Shown here: positions 12,830-25,903 of the stretch, one piece after another
Position numbering within the stretch: the first letter of the stretch is position 1
Layout of the letters: the number at the start of each line of letters is the position of its first letter
Source: Octopus sinensis
Lineage: Eukaryota
Direction of reading: 5' to 3'
Assembly (NCBI RefSeq): GCF_006345805.1
Contig: NC_043004.1
Location: forward strand, 95,294,001-95,358,000
DNA length: 64,000 nucleotides
Made by a program: the position numbers and the translations under genes
The notes under the pieces: generated by a model
Told to the model about the DNA's origin: nothing
What the model saw: the letters and a program-made list of their open reading frames with translations, nothing else
The model's database searches: none

Positions 12830-13575
12830 TACATACATACATACATACATATATACATACATGCATGCATGCAAGCAAACATACATACTTACATACATAC
12901 ATACATACATGCATGCATGCAAGCAAACATACATACTACATACATACATACATAATACATACATACATACATACATACATGCATGCAAGCAAACATACAT
13001 ACTTACATACATACATACATGCATGCATGCAAGCAAACATACATACTTACATACATACATACATGCATGTGTGTGTGTATGTATGTATGTATGTATGTAT
13101 GTATGTATGTTTGCATGTATGTATGTAAGTATGTATGTTTGCTTGCATGCATGTATGTATGTATGTGTGTATGTATGTATGTATGCATGCATGTATGCAT
13201 GCATGTATGTATGTATGTATGTATGTATGTTTGCTTGCATACATACATGCATGTATGCAAGCAAACATACATACATACATACATACATGCAAACATACAT
13301 ACATACATACATACATGCATGCAAGCAAACATACATACTTACATACATACATGCAAACATACATACATACATACATACATACATACATACATACACACAT
13401 ACATACATACATGCATATATACATGCATACATACATACATACATACATACATGCATGCATACACGCATACATACATAAAACATACATACATACATACATA
13501 CATACATGCATGCAAACATACATACATACATACATACATACATACATACATACATACATACATACATACACATGT
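12830..13575. repeat. (CATA)n satellite with a higher-order motif and an internal inverted block
   Basis: Recurring gcatgcaagcaaacatacatacttacatacat motif; the segment ~13066-13240 is in the opposite (TATG)n orientation. Confidence 0.92.
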
Positions 13576-13867
13576 GAGTGTGTTGCTAAAGCATAAACGC
13601 ATCTTGTAGCCTCTCCTTCTTTCGTCAGGCCGGATTGTTGTCAACACGTATGGAAAAATCTTTCCCTCTGGAATTCTACTGGGGCTTTAACAGTATGACA
13701 GGCAGGCAGTGACTGTCAAAGAAGTAGAAAAAGACAAACAAACAAACAGAAGAGTCAGACGGAGATAACGCTAAAAGTATGAGCCAATCCCATACTTACT
13801 GACAGTGATTTGCGAACTGTGGACAGTTTTTAATATAAATTCGGTATGTAAATTTAAATTGCCTATT

Positions 13868-14092
13868 CTTTTACTCTTTTACTCTTTTACTTGTTTCAGT
13901 CATTTGACTGCGGCCATGCTGGAGCACCGCCTTTAGTCGAGCAACTCGACCCCGGGACTTATTCTTTTGTAAGCCCAGTACTTATTCTATCGGTCTCTTT
14001 TTGCCGAACCGCTAAGTGACGGGGACGTAAACACACCAGCATCGGTTGTCAACCGATGGTGGGGGGACAAACACACATACACACTAACATAT

Positions 14093-14139
<47 letters not shown>

Positions 14140-14305
14140 TACGACAGGCTTCTTTCAGTTTCCGTCTACCAAATCCACTCACAAGGCATTGGTCGGCCCG
14201 GGGCTATAGTAGAAGACACTTGCCCAAGGTGCCATGCAATGGGACTGAACCGGGAACCATGTGGTTGGTTAGCAAGCTACTTACCACACATCCACTCCTG
14301 CGCCT
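13868..14305 (-). mobile_element. Full-length SINE family A with ~51-bp target-site duplication
   Basis: tRNA-like head aggcgcaggagtgg..tgtgtggtaag...gggttcagtccc, CORE/V-like ccttgggcaagtgtcttctactatagc, an internal microsatellite and a (agtaaaag)n tail. Direct repeats lie at 13817-13867 and 14304-14354. Confidence 0.93.
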
Positions 14306-14799
14306 GTGGACAGTATTTAATATAAATCCGGTATGTAAATTTAAATTGCCTATTGTATATAATTCTATATCTTTCATGAATAATTCATCGAAATATAAAG
14401 TTGCATGGTACTTGTTCTCTCGGTGCAGTGTAATCGAGACATCCTATTCACAGTTGGTAACTAGCAGTGCTGAAATATATCACCCAGCGTTTTCTAACAT
14501 TGCAGAAATATTAATATCGTATGACCTCATTATTTAGAATGAAACTTTGATTGGGAAAAATTTTTACAACGTCGGGAATTGAAAGCAGAGTGCAGATCCG
14601 TATCAGCGGCATTATGAGTGCATCGCATATGTGTGTATGCAAAGAAAACTGGGAAGAACAACATGTGTATGTATGCGTGAGTATATATATGCGTGTGTGT
14701 GTGTGTACATATATATATATATGTATTTATGTTTATATATATATATATATATGAATATGCACACACACACACATATATATGCAAGTATGTATATGTATA

Positions 14800-15210
14800 T
14801 ACTCTTTCTCTTTTACTCTTTTACTCTTTTACTTGTTTCAGTCATTTGACTGCGGCCATGCTGAAGCACCGCCTTTAGTCGAGCAAATCGACCCCGGGAC
14901 TTATTCTTTGTAAGCCCAGTACTTATTCTATCGGTCTCTTTTGCCGAACCGCTAGGTGACGGAGATGTAAACACACCAGCATTGGTTGTCAAGCAATGCT
15001 AGGGGGACAAACACACACACACAAACACACACACATACATATATATACACATATATACGACAGGCTTCTTTCAGTTTCCGTCTACCAAATCCACTCACAA
15101 GGCATTGGTCGGCCCGGGGCTATAGCAGAAGACACTTGCCCAAGATGCCACGCAGTGGGACTGAACCCGGAACCATGTGGTTGGTAAACAAGCTACTTAC
15201 CACACAGCCA

Positions 15211-15213
<3 letters not shown>
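14800..15213 (-). mobile_element. SINE family A, near full length
   Basis: Colinear with 13868-14305. Confidence 0.92.
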
Positions 15214-15248
<35 letters not shown>

Positions 15249-15358
15249 CACAAGCAAATGTATAAAATATAATGTAATATTTCTGTATATATTATATTAT
15301 ATTATATTATATTATATTACATAACATTAAATTATAGTGTATTGTATTATGTTCTATA

Positions 15359-15585
15359 AGGTGGTGAGATGGCTGAACAGTTAGCACGCCGGGCAAAATG
15401 CTTAGCAGCATTTCGTTCGTTTTTACGGTTCTGAGTTCAAATTCCGCCGAGGTCGACTTTGCTTGTCTTGCCTTCCATTCCCACGGGATCGATAAAAGAA
15501 GTACCAATCCAAAGTTGGGGTCAATGTAATCGACCTGCTCTCTTTTCCGAAATTGCTGGCCTTGTACCTATTGTAGAAAGGATAA
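15359..15585 (+). mobile_element. Full-length SINE family B with 14-bp TSD
   Basis: A-box-like tggctgaacag, B-box gagttcaaattcc and core gcc..ccattcc..gggatcgataaa..aagtacc (resembles the Meta-type SINE domain). TSD tattatgttctata at 15345-15358 and 15586-15599. Confidence 0.88.
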
Positions 15586-16188
15586 TATTATGTTCTATAT
15601 ATATATTGCTCATACCTCTTTGTCAAAGATGGCGGTGCTCAGGATTGGCTTGTATGTTTGGTCTGGTCAGATCTGGTGTGTTCTTACACCGCTGATGAGA
15701 CCTATACGAACCAGCAGTTATTTTCAATATGTAAGGTAGGTATGCGAAGATGCAGCCCATGCATTATCGGTTATATTATAATTTTGCTGATCTTTCCTCA
15801 ACAGGAATTTATTCTGTTTTTAGCTATTTGAGCTCCACTGTGAATTTTCCATTTCTTATAGAATTTGAGTAGCCACAATTTTAATGACTGCTTGTAGAGA
15901 TGCTTTAAGCCAATCTCTGACCCATTTTGTTTGCTTTGTCTTCCAAAACAGGAAAACATTGGACTTTTCCTGCTAGTGTTCACATTAGAAGAACTGCTTT
16001 CTGGAGCAATGGGGAGGTACGAAATTTACAAGCAAGTCTGTCTCTTTTGATCCTTCTATCAGAGGATGTACAGTCATAGATTTTGGGCTTCTTGAAACAC
16101 CCTGGTGTGTTGGCTGCTGAAGAGACACCTGATGTAGGAATTATAAAGTTTTATATATTTCCTATAGATGTTCCACAACTCAGAGATA

Positions 16189-16729
16189 CAGTAATCCCTC
16201 GACTATCGTTGGTGTTACGTTCCAAAATCCCCGCGATAAGTGAAAATCCGCGGAGTAGAAACATTACTGTACGGCAGTACTGTATTATTTGAAAGCCTAG
16301 TACTTATTCTATCGGTCTCTTTTGCCAAACCGCTAAGTTTCGGGGACGTAAATACACCAGCATCGGTTGTCAAGCGATGTTGGGGGGGGGGACAAACACA
16401 GACACACAAACGTACACACACACACATATATATATATATACATACGACGGGCTTCTTTCAGTTTCCGTCTCCCAAATCCACTCAAGGATTTGGTCTGCCC
16501 AAGGCTATAGTAGAAGGCACTTGCCCAAGGTGCCACGCAGTGGGACTGAACCCAGAACCATGTGGTTGGTAAGCAAGCTACTTACCACACAGCCACTCTA
16601 ACGCATATGTATATATTTATTTTATTATAAATGCAAAACAACACCACGGAGGAATCGACGTAAGCTTAAATAATAAACCGCGATAGGTGAACCGTGATAA
16701 GTGAACCGCAATATGGCGAGGGATTACTG
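16189..16729. mobile_element. Tigger/pogo-type MITE
   Basis: TIRs CAGTAATCCCTCG (16189-16201) and CGAGGGATTACTG (16717-16729), each flanked by TA. Confidence 0.85.
16293..16599 (-). mobile_element. SINE A (tail missing) nested in the MITE
   Basis: Reverse complement of the A head and body, ending at aagcctagtacttattc. Confidence 0.88.
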
Positions 16730-18391
16730 TATATAGGCGTGTGTGCTCGCACTCGTGTGTTCGTGTCTGTGATTTTATCTCTCAGCGTTCGACAACTGGT
16801 GTATGCTTGATTAGGTTCCCATAACTTAGTGTGTAATCAAAAAGAGAGACCGATCGAATAATTATCAGTGATTGATGAACGAAAACATTTCAAGGTTGTA
16901 CCTCAACGCGACTGAAGTCCGTTGACTGAAACAAGTAAAAAAAAAGTAGACCCCGCCCACACACACACACAACGCTAATGGCCACATAAGCATCCTCATT
17001 GTAGGCTGTATCATATCTATAAAATTTAATGTAACGATGACGATGACGAAGAGGAGGTATTTAAAAGGCCATTTCTTGTGACCAGAAACTCTCGTATTAA
17101 GGAGAAAAGAGATAAATTTCCCCGCAGGTAGAACACTAATTTGTCTTCATTAAGAACTACTTAAGACTGCCTCCAAGTTAACAAGCCAACAGCGAAACCT
17201 CCGTATGGTCATTCAACCCGCTATGAATGGCAGACAAGTCTCTCTTTATGAAATCAAACTTTACCATCTAAGAAAATGACACATTAGATAATTTAATTCT
17301 AGATACATTGTGTCAATTATACATGAGACGAACTGAAACATCATTGATCATAGTTTTGCAGGATCAGAGAATGTGTGGAGCTGAACAGCAACAGTTTAAG
17401 CTGGGGTACATTGAATCAACAACCTTGCCTTCAAATAAAAACAAGTGCTCTCATCAGAGACGAACAGATTATTTTTTGAATGACCTGAGGCAATGCTGTG
17501 GATTAATCTTTTCAATATCATTCCAAGCGAAACCACTTCTGGTGTTATGATACAAAATTTATTGTTTTAATGTATCCATATTTAATGTATCCAATTTTCT
17601 TCTTGTTCAAGTCTATTTCGAACACCATATTTAATAGGGGAAATGTTTTACTACTAAATTCTTTCAAATACTTTATTTTAAAAATTTAATGAAATGTGAA
17701 GAAGGGACGATATGGTATGAACGCTTTTATTGCCTCTAACCAGACTGGAGGGATTTTTATTATTATTATTATATTTTTTTTTGTCTTATTGGCACAAGTT
17801 ACCAATGTGGAAATTTTCTCAGAACCGATTGGGGAACTAGTCAGGTAAATTGGAGACAGTTGCTTCTGACAGGGCCTAATGGAAGGCGTGCTTGAGCACA
17901 GCCTCACGACCTACCCAAGAATAAGTAACCGAAGAAGTTGAGGTGAGATTAGTTTGAGACTCTTATACAATGTTTAACTAAAGTGTTAACATAGTGGAAA
18001 GATTAGTATATGTTACGTGCTTCTCATTTTCCATTTTCAGTGTCTCTCCGCTTAATGTTTCATTTCTAATATATTACAATACCTTCAACTTTTAAGAACG
18101 ACTGGTTATTTTACGGTTGACCAAATACACAGAATATTTGATGACATACACAACACGTTAACATAATTCTTTGCCTGTCCTGTTTATCATATGTGATGGC
18201 TTCTGTGCATCTTATATGATACACGTACCCAATTTTTTTGAACCACCAGTATAACTTGGGACTTATGAAAGAAAGTTTTGTATTACTCAGGGTGTATGAA
18301 ACAAGAGCTAACTAAAAGCCTGAAAACAAGCATGAACGCTTGGGACAAACTTATGGAAACGATCTGGACATGCAAAGAGTTAAGCAAACTA

Positions 18392-19680
18392 CGAGGGTTA
18401 GTCCAAAAAGTGATGCAATTTGTTTTATATAAAAAAGAAAAGAAAATAGTTAAATATATAATACATCAAAATATAGCTTTATATCACAGGTTCAGACCCC
18501 TACAACTCAACAAAGTTACTACCTCTTTTAGTGGCAGTGTTCCCTCTATGAATGAGGACATGTGTCTCAGCTCCGTAAAACTCAGCTGGTGGCTGACGTA
18601 GTCAATTCACTATAATGTTTGCTTCGCAGTACCTCTTTCATTGGATCAAAGAGATCGAAGTTTGAGTGTGCTAGGTTAGATGAGTTGGGAGGGTGCAAAA
18701 GAATTGTCCACCCGAAAGAAGTGATTGCCTCCCTTATTTTGAGGCTTGAGTGATGCCTGGTGTTGCCGTGTTGAAGAACTTTATTCATCTCCAAATTTGG
18801 TATTCCTCGTCGGAATTTTATTCTAAGTATTTTAAGGGTCTATACTTCAGAGTTGGCTGTTTCTCCTCTTGGCGAGAAATTGACAAGAATATAACCTTGA
18901 GCATACCAAAAAACAGTCGCCATGATTTTCCAATTGGTTTTTCTTTCGAGATATCGGATGACCCCATTCCATTGATTGCTTTTTTAATTCTAGTTCATAA
19001 CGATGAATCCGAGTTTAATCAACAGTTATGAGCCTTTGAAAGAAAGTTTTTATCCTTTTCACTGAATTCAAGGAGTTCAGTGCAGCAGTCAACTCTTTAA
19101 GTCCTGCGCTCATCTGACAGCTATTTTGCTGCCCAGCGGGCACAAACGTGTGAATATCCTTGTGACTCAATAACGCTGTGAATACCTATTTCTTTATTAC
19201 CCACAAGGGGCTAAACACAGAGGGGACAAACAAGGACAGACATAGGTATTAAGTCGATTACATTGATCCCAGTACGTAACTGGTACTTAATTTATCGACC
19301 CCGAAAGGATGAAAGGTAAAGTCGACCTCGGCGGAATTTGAACTCACAACGTAACGACAGACGAAGTTCAAATTCCGCCGAGGTCGACTTTGCCTTTCAT
19401 CCTTTCGGGGTCGATAAATTAAGTACCAGTTACGCACTGGGGTCGATGTAATCGACTTAATACCTATGTCTGTCCTTGTTTGTCCCCTCTGTGTTTAGCC
19501 CCTTGTGGGTAATAAAGAAATAGGTATTCACAGCGTTATTGAGTATATATAACGCTGTGAATATCACCATGGCTAACTTCAAGCTCTGATGCCAGTCATC
19601 AATGGTTATGTGCCTGCCACTTCCAATTAAATCGGCGGCAGGATTGGCGGAAGTTGTCGGACGACCCACTACGAGGCATG
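18392..19680 (-). mobile_element. Mariner relic with one TIR, interrupted by the SINE palindrome
   Basis: TA|CGAGGGTTAGTCCAAAAAGT TIR at 18390. Minus-strand motifs are PRSGRPTTS, ELEVSHGDIHSVI..CARW and HGNTRHHS...FGWTILLHPPNSSNLAHSNFDLF. Confidence 0.85.
19165..19544. repeat. Long inverted repeat (two 180-bp arms, 20-nt spacer) made of SINE B plus target DNA
   Basis: 19165-19344 versus the reverse complement of 19365-19544 shows 4 mismatches by manual comparison. Confidence 0.95.
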
Positions 19681-20029
19681 TCTGCTAAGCTTAAATTTCC
19701 CTGTTCTTTTTGGTCTGTCGCATTAGATTACTGTAAAACATTACATTATATTAAATTTGCTTATTCAGAAAGAATATTTCATTTGTGCATCTTAGTTTCC
19801 TAGGTAACAATGCCATATATTAGTCAATTTGCAAATTTGCGTGACAACCTAGCGTTTATGCTTTGCATTTTTAGTTGCTTAAAAATGAAACCGGGAAGAG
19901 AACATCCATATACATTTGCCCCATAGTCTACTGTGTCTAGTGGTAACATAATATATAATATGTCCCAGACTTGTCAGATATTACGCTTTAAGTGAAATAA
20001 CCCTTTCTCGTATACGCACAGAGCCTGCA

Positions 20030-20218
20030 TTTTGGGGAAGGATTATTGATTACATCGACCCTAGTGTTCTACTGGTACTTTTTTTATCACTCCCCGAAAG
20101 AATGAAAGACAAAGTCGACCTCGGTGGTATTTGAACCCGCGACGTAAAGACTAATGAAACGCTGCTAAGTATTTTGTCCGGTGTGCATACAATTCTGCCC
20201 ACTCACCGCCTTGCTTTA
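20030..20218 (-). mobile_element. SINE family B (degenerate)
   Basis: gattacatcgacc...gaaagacaaagtcgacctcggtggtatttgaac...ctaagtattttgtccggtgtgc..actcaccgcctt. Confidence 0.8.
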
Positions 20219-20784
20219 GGTGAATTGATAACAAACGCGACCCTTTTGCTGATTTCGTTTATTCTGTACTAGCTACCAAATCGGAATACACTGGTCCTTC
20301 AATCATGTAGTTGGACCCATAAAATGAACTATAATTCGATGAAATAGCAAAGTTTTTTATTCGTGGTCCCTTTTTATCTTTAAAATTTAAAAATTTTACT
20401 TTTTCTTCAAAACATGTAGTATAGGCTGCACACTAGCCTAATTCAGTTCTAGCCAGGTTCAGATGGGTGTCTCCTACTATTAATGGTAACATTTATAATC
20501 AGCAGTCGTTACCACTGCGACACTCTCAGTGATCAACACCCCGACGTATTCCGAGTCTACTCTAACTAACAGTAAACATATGATGCAGGAAAGTACAAAC
20601 AACAAGAAAGCATGTATGAGGTCGCTTGACTAACGTCATTTGGTTTTCCTACATATCACCATGGGGGAAATGTCTTCTACAAAAGCTTCGATTGGCCAGC
20701 ACTATCTGAGTAGAATTTAGTACACGGAAACAGTGTAGAAATCCATTACACACACAAACATACACACACATTCATACACACACA

Positions 20785-20785
<1 letters not shown>

Positions 20786-20867
<82 letters not shown>
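20786..20867. repeat. (CT)n microsatellite
   Basis: Direct observation. Confidence 0.98.
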
Positions 20868-20870
<3 letters not shown>

Positions 20871-21689
20871 CTCTTTCTTTCACACACACTACACATACAT
20901 ATAGGTAAGTACAATATATTCGGTATGCTTACCTCTCCCTAAATATTAGTGTATCTGTGTGTATATGTTAGTAAGTACAATATATCATACCTATTTAACA
21001 ATCCCTATAGACATACATACACACACACATGCATACACTAATGTGCTCATATACACACACAAACGCACACACATATTCGCATAAATGTGTATGTTAGTAA
21101 GTATATAGCATACTACATCTAACTAGACATATATATGCATGAATTTTAAAAAATATTTGCCTCCACTGGCAAAGGATGTAAGCACCATTAATAAATCGGC
21201 GTTCTTCACATGAAGTCCGCTGTTGCTCATCATTTGCAACATAAAATATACATATTCCACATCCCCAGCATTGGTCATCCTGAGGCTATGGTAGATAGAC
21301 ACTTGCCGAAGGTGGCACATAGTCGTAATGAACCCGGAACCCTGTTGTGAATAAGCCAATCTCTTATCCACACAGCTATGCCTAAATAAACTAGTTATAT
21401 ATATTTAATTCATTTTATTTGTCGTAGACTAAGTATGGGAGTTACTTCGGGCTATAATAGAAAATGGTTGTATGAGAGTAAAGAAGAGATTATATCGCTC
21501 TGGCTATTATTGATCTTGAAATAGGCAGCAGTGCATGGAAATGATGAAGAAGTAAGTTAGTTAAAGTAGAATATTGGCTGAAATGAACAGCGTGTCAGTT
21601 GAAATTTAACCCCTGGCACGCCATATTATTTGAGAATCTATAGCACTGTAAATTTCCCCGCGTGTGCTGGTTTCTCTCGTCCCGGCGCT

Positions 21690-22250
21690 GGCCTCGTGTC
21701 GTGTCGTGTCGTTTGACATGGTGCGGTGTAGTGTGACAAGATAGTGTGGTTTGATGTAGGGTAGTGTGGGATGATGAAGCGTGTAGTGTGTTATAGAGTG
21801 CAATCAAGTACGGTGCAGTGTGGTGCGGAATGGTGGGGGTGTAGGATGGTGTAGAGGAGCAGAACCGGAAGGGTGGTGCAAAGTGTGTTAGATTGAATGA
21901 TTGAATAGGTATAATGTGACATGGTATAGATATGTCGCGGCATGGCACTGTGTTGAGACATAGAGCAAAGTGCCTGAGGTAACATAGTATAGGGCAATAT
22001 GATGTGGTGGTTTCATGCGTTGAAACAGAGTGGTGCGGTGTAATCCTATGCAGTGTGGTGTGGTATTGTGATATGTTATGATACTGTGTGGAATGGTAGT
22101 ATGGTGTGGTTTAATATGGAATAGTCTATTTTTACGTGGCATGGCGTAGAGTGGAGCGGCATGTGTTGTAGTAGGGCATGTGGAGCGGCAGTAGAGTGTT
22201 GTGCAGAATAATGCAGCATGGTATGGTGGTGTGGGGTGGTGTGGGGTGGG
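21690..22250. repeat. Old degenerate pentanucleotide array (GTGGT/GTAGT-like)
   Basis: Persistent 5-nt periodicity (gtgtc, gtggt, gtagt, atggt). Confidence 0.75.
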
Positions 22251-23889
22251 ACGCAAGAAGTTGTGCTGGTATTTTCTATTAAAAGTAATTGTTTCCACTA
22301 CAAATCTTCTCGAAAGTATTAAATTAGAAAGACCTTTGAGAAATAGAAGCAAAACGTAAGAGAAGAAAAAAAAAAGAAAACAAAAACGAAAAGAAAACTA
22401 AAGAAAGAAAAAAGTAGAAAAGGAAAAAAAAGAAAGAAAGAAAAAAGAAAGCAAGAAAGAAAGTTACTGGATAAACAAAAATTAAAACAAGCAAACAGAA
22501 ACAAGAAAATCTCTAAAACAAACAAAGAAAACAAACCGAGTAAAGCTGTTTCCAATGTAATTCTCGTGTCAATGTTGCTATTATTACTGTTGTTAGCTAT
22601 AACTCTGATAGATATGCTGTCCAAAGCGAGTGAGTGGATGCTATCGATTGTATAAAATGTCCTAGCCAATATTGAAAAGACTACAAAGTTAATCGCAATT
22701 TTACCTTTCCCCTGGGTTCTGTCTGTCTTAAAGGTAATGTAACATCGAACTTTTCCTTACATTTCCCAGAAGCCAAATTTCATGCCTGTCTTCCCCCATC
22801 AATGCAAAGCAACATTGTACATTTTTAAGTGGTTTCATGGCAGATTGGTTACTATGTTCCACTAAACATTTGAATGGAATTGGCAATGAAGAAGATGAGA
22901 GTTTGGTAAAATGCTTATCTTTGCTCAATTGCTCTGGAAAAAGACTATTTTCAAACATGAAAGTGATATATGTGCTGTTTGTCTTACCCCTGTACTCTAC
23001 TACATCAGGTCAGGTCAAAAGTGCAGTTCCAATTATTCAAAAAGATTTCTTATTAAATAATGTCATTTTACTTCAATTATTTTCGCTTAATGTTCTCCGA
23101 AAACTTTCAAACTATTGACAATTTATATATTTATTCTATTCTGCGATTACCATTCTCCTTTCTTATGTTCCTTATAGAAACTTGAAAGTATTTGTAAGAC
23201 AGTGAGTGGCTTCACAGAATATCTTTTCTAGCAATCCTGTAATGGTTAATCTGCTTCATTTATTTCTCTTCTTTTAACCATTAAAATATTCTTGCAGTCA
23301 CAACTTTCTGATTTTATATATCTTTTACACCTATCTTTTATTGATATTTATTTATATTATATAAATTGAGAAAATTTTCGCTTGGCTTAAATCTCTGTTT
23401 TCTTATATGGCAATGTAAGAAAATGGTTGAATGGAATAACATATTTAACAACTAACCAAAGAGTTACGATGTCTGCTGTGCGTGTTTCAATTCGTCGGTG
23501 CGTGCGTATGCGTATGTGTGTGTGTGTATGTGTGTGTGTGTGTGTGGTGTGTGTGTGTGTGTGTGTGCGTGTGTGTGTGTGTGAAAGAGAGAGAGAGGGG
23601 GGAGAAGGAGGCAGTCAGACAGACAGAAGGCGGGAGTGGCTCGACAAAACCCTTGTTCCTTTCAAATATTTGTGATAAAATTAGTTTCGAATACTAATTC
23701 AACCATTCTAGCAATTAGGAAACTGTGAAAGAAATATTTACGCGTGTTTTAAAAATAATTTAGAAAATCCTTTTGCATGTGTTATTCCAAATCAGTGCGA
23801 TTAATCAGATTCTTCACGAGAAAGCCAGATGTTGAAATAGACTGTGATCTTATTGAAGTGTAGATACGTCTCATTTCTACAGCCCTCTG

Positions 23890-24545
23890 ACGAGTAAAGG
23901 TTACACACAGTGCGTCCATGCTGCCAACAAAGCACGCGGAGTTCTATTTTTGATTCGACGGTCATTCGGAATGCTCATAGCAGCCATATTCCTACCGCTC
24001 TATGTCACGCTGGTGAGACCCATATTGGAGTACGGGATTCAAGCCTGTTCTCCTTATCTCGTCAAAGACATACATCATCTTAAAAGAGTCCAGAAGCTGG
24101 CTACCCGCATGGTTCTTGGTCTCAAGCATTTGTCTTGTGAAGAAAGGCTGAAGAAGCGCGACCTTTATTCTCTAGAAAAACGACGACGCCGTGGTGATCT
24201 CATTCTTGCTCACAACATCATAAGCGGAAAGTGTAACCTCTCGAAGGAGCTGTTCTTCACTCCTGCTCCAGGGCGTCGGCTGCGGGGTCACTCCGAAAAG
24301 CTCTATCTGCGACGATTTCATCTCAATCGAAGGAGAGGAGCTTTCTCCGTCCGGGTTGCGGATCTGTGGAATAAGCTGCCGGACGAGATAGTGAAGATGC
24401 CGACGACCGCTCGGTTGAAAGTCTCTCTTGACCAGATATGGCCTGAACTCTTTGCATGAACACCCTCCCTGTAAATAACTCCATGTCCCCCTACATGGCC
24501 TTGCTTTTTGCTTTTTGAGCCAAAAAGTTAACTTAACTTAACATG
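23890..24545 (+). mobile_element. 5'-truncated CR1-type LINE (RT C-terminus, 3'UTR, (TTAAC)n tail)
   Basis: ORF LYVTLVRPILEYG..CSPYL.KDI..L.RVQKLATRMV.GL..LS.EERL....LYSLEKRR.RGDLI and FSVRV...WNKLP; tail taacttaacttaac at ~24527-24542. Confidence 0.92.
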
Positions 24546-24774
24546 CTTCATGAGCCATTGCTAATTCTTAACGTAACCCTCACTTCCATCACATTTGCTG
24601 CATCCGCCCATACCAAGTTCCATATTAATCGTTCCTCCCAGTTTTAATTATCAGAACGTTGACCCTTTGGAATCCCCTCCACATTGTTCCTATCTCTCTC
24701 GCAGGCGTTGATTCAAGCGGTTCAAGCGGAACGCTAGTAGATCGATCTCAGCAGATTAGAAAGTTCTCCAAAGG

Positions 24775-25015
24775 CATTCTTTATCTTTTAATTTCTTGTC
24801 TTTTACTTTGCTTCATTCATTAGACTGCGACCATGCTGGGGCACCGACTTGAAGAATTTTTCAGTCGAATGTATCGATGCCAGTACTTATTTCTTATAAG
24901 CCTAATACATATTCTATTGGTTATTTTTGCCGAACCGCTAAGTTACAGGGACGTAAACACACCAGCCCTGATTGTCAAGCGATGGTAGTGGGACAAACAC
25001 AGACACAAACACACA
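24775..25015 (-). mobile_element. SINE A-related 3' half
   Basis: cattagactgcgaccatgctgggg...ttttgccgaaccgctaagttacagggacgtaaacac. Confidence 0.8.
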
Positions 25016-25043
25016 CACATATATGTATGTGTGTGTGTGTGTG

Positions 25044-25151
<108 letters not shown>

Positions 25152-25254
25152 AAGGCGCATGGCTCAGTGTTTAGAGCGTCGAGCTTACGATCACGAGGTT
25201 GTGAGCTCGAATATCGGACCAGGCTTTTTTTTCTTTTTTTTTCTTTTTCTTTTC

Positions 25255-25903
25255 TGAAGAGAATTGTGATGCCAAAGGAGTCGTTGTAATAATTCCAAGT
25301 GCAAACGATCATGGGATAAGCGCAGCGATCCACCACAAACAACCTCCAAAGAAGAACTTTACTCAAAGAAGTTCCTGCTTTCATTTTGGTAGGATTGGAA
25401 GAGTGTTGTCTTTTACAAGCTTATTTCCACGACATGACCGTCAATTTGGATACGTACGTTGACAAGCTGGACAAATTAAACGCAGTATTCCAACAGAAGC
25501 GTTCAGTATTTGCTAGTCGTAAGGACACTGTCTTTCATCTCGGTAATGCCAGACCCCACACTACTTTGAAAACTTGGCAGAAATTATTGGCGCTTGGACG
25601 GGAAGTTTTGCCACACCATCCATATTTGCTTAACCTTGTTGTCTTCAGATTTCCACTTGTTTTGGACTCTTCAAATTTTCTTGAATGGACAGCCCTTCAA
25701 CTCTAATGAGAGTGTAAAAATTCACCTGGAAGTTTTTCCGCCTGTAAAGAAGGGAATTCTTTGAGTTGGGAATAATGGATCTGCTCACAAGATGGCAGAA
25801 GATACGAGAACGAAACTAATTATATCATTGATTGAATGAATCGCTTTGTGCATTAAGCGTTGAATATTAAAAAAAACGAGCGAATTTTTTGGCCAACCCA
25901 ATA
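25255..25903 (+). mobile_element. Mariner relic (3' half with right TIR)
   Basis: Contains FHLGNARPHTTLKTWQKLLALGREVLPHHPY; terminal ttttggccaacccaa|ta. Confidence 0.85.

Noticed and set aside
12773-13647. Long CMYV/HTYI ORFs (up to 266 aa)
   Set aside because: Translations of (CATA)n/(TATG)n repeats.
15688-15715. CTGATGAG...CGAA hammerhead-like string (similar weak cases at ~2148-2185 and ~7710)
   Set aside because: No complementary stem II or stem I and no intact GAAA; too degenerate to support.
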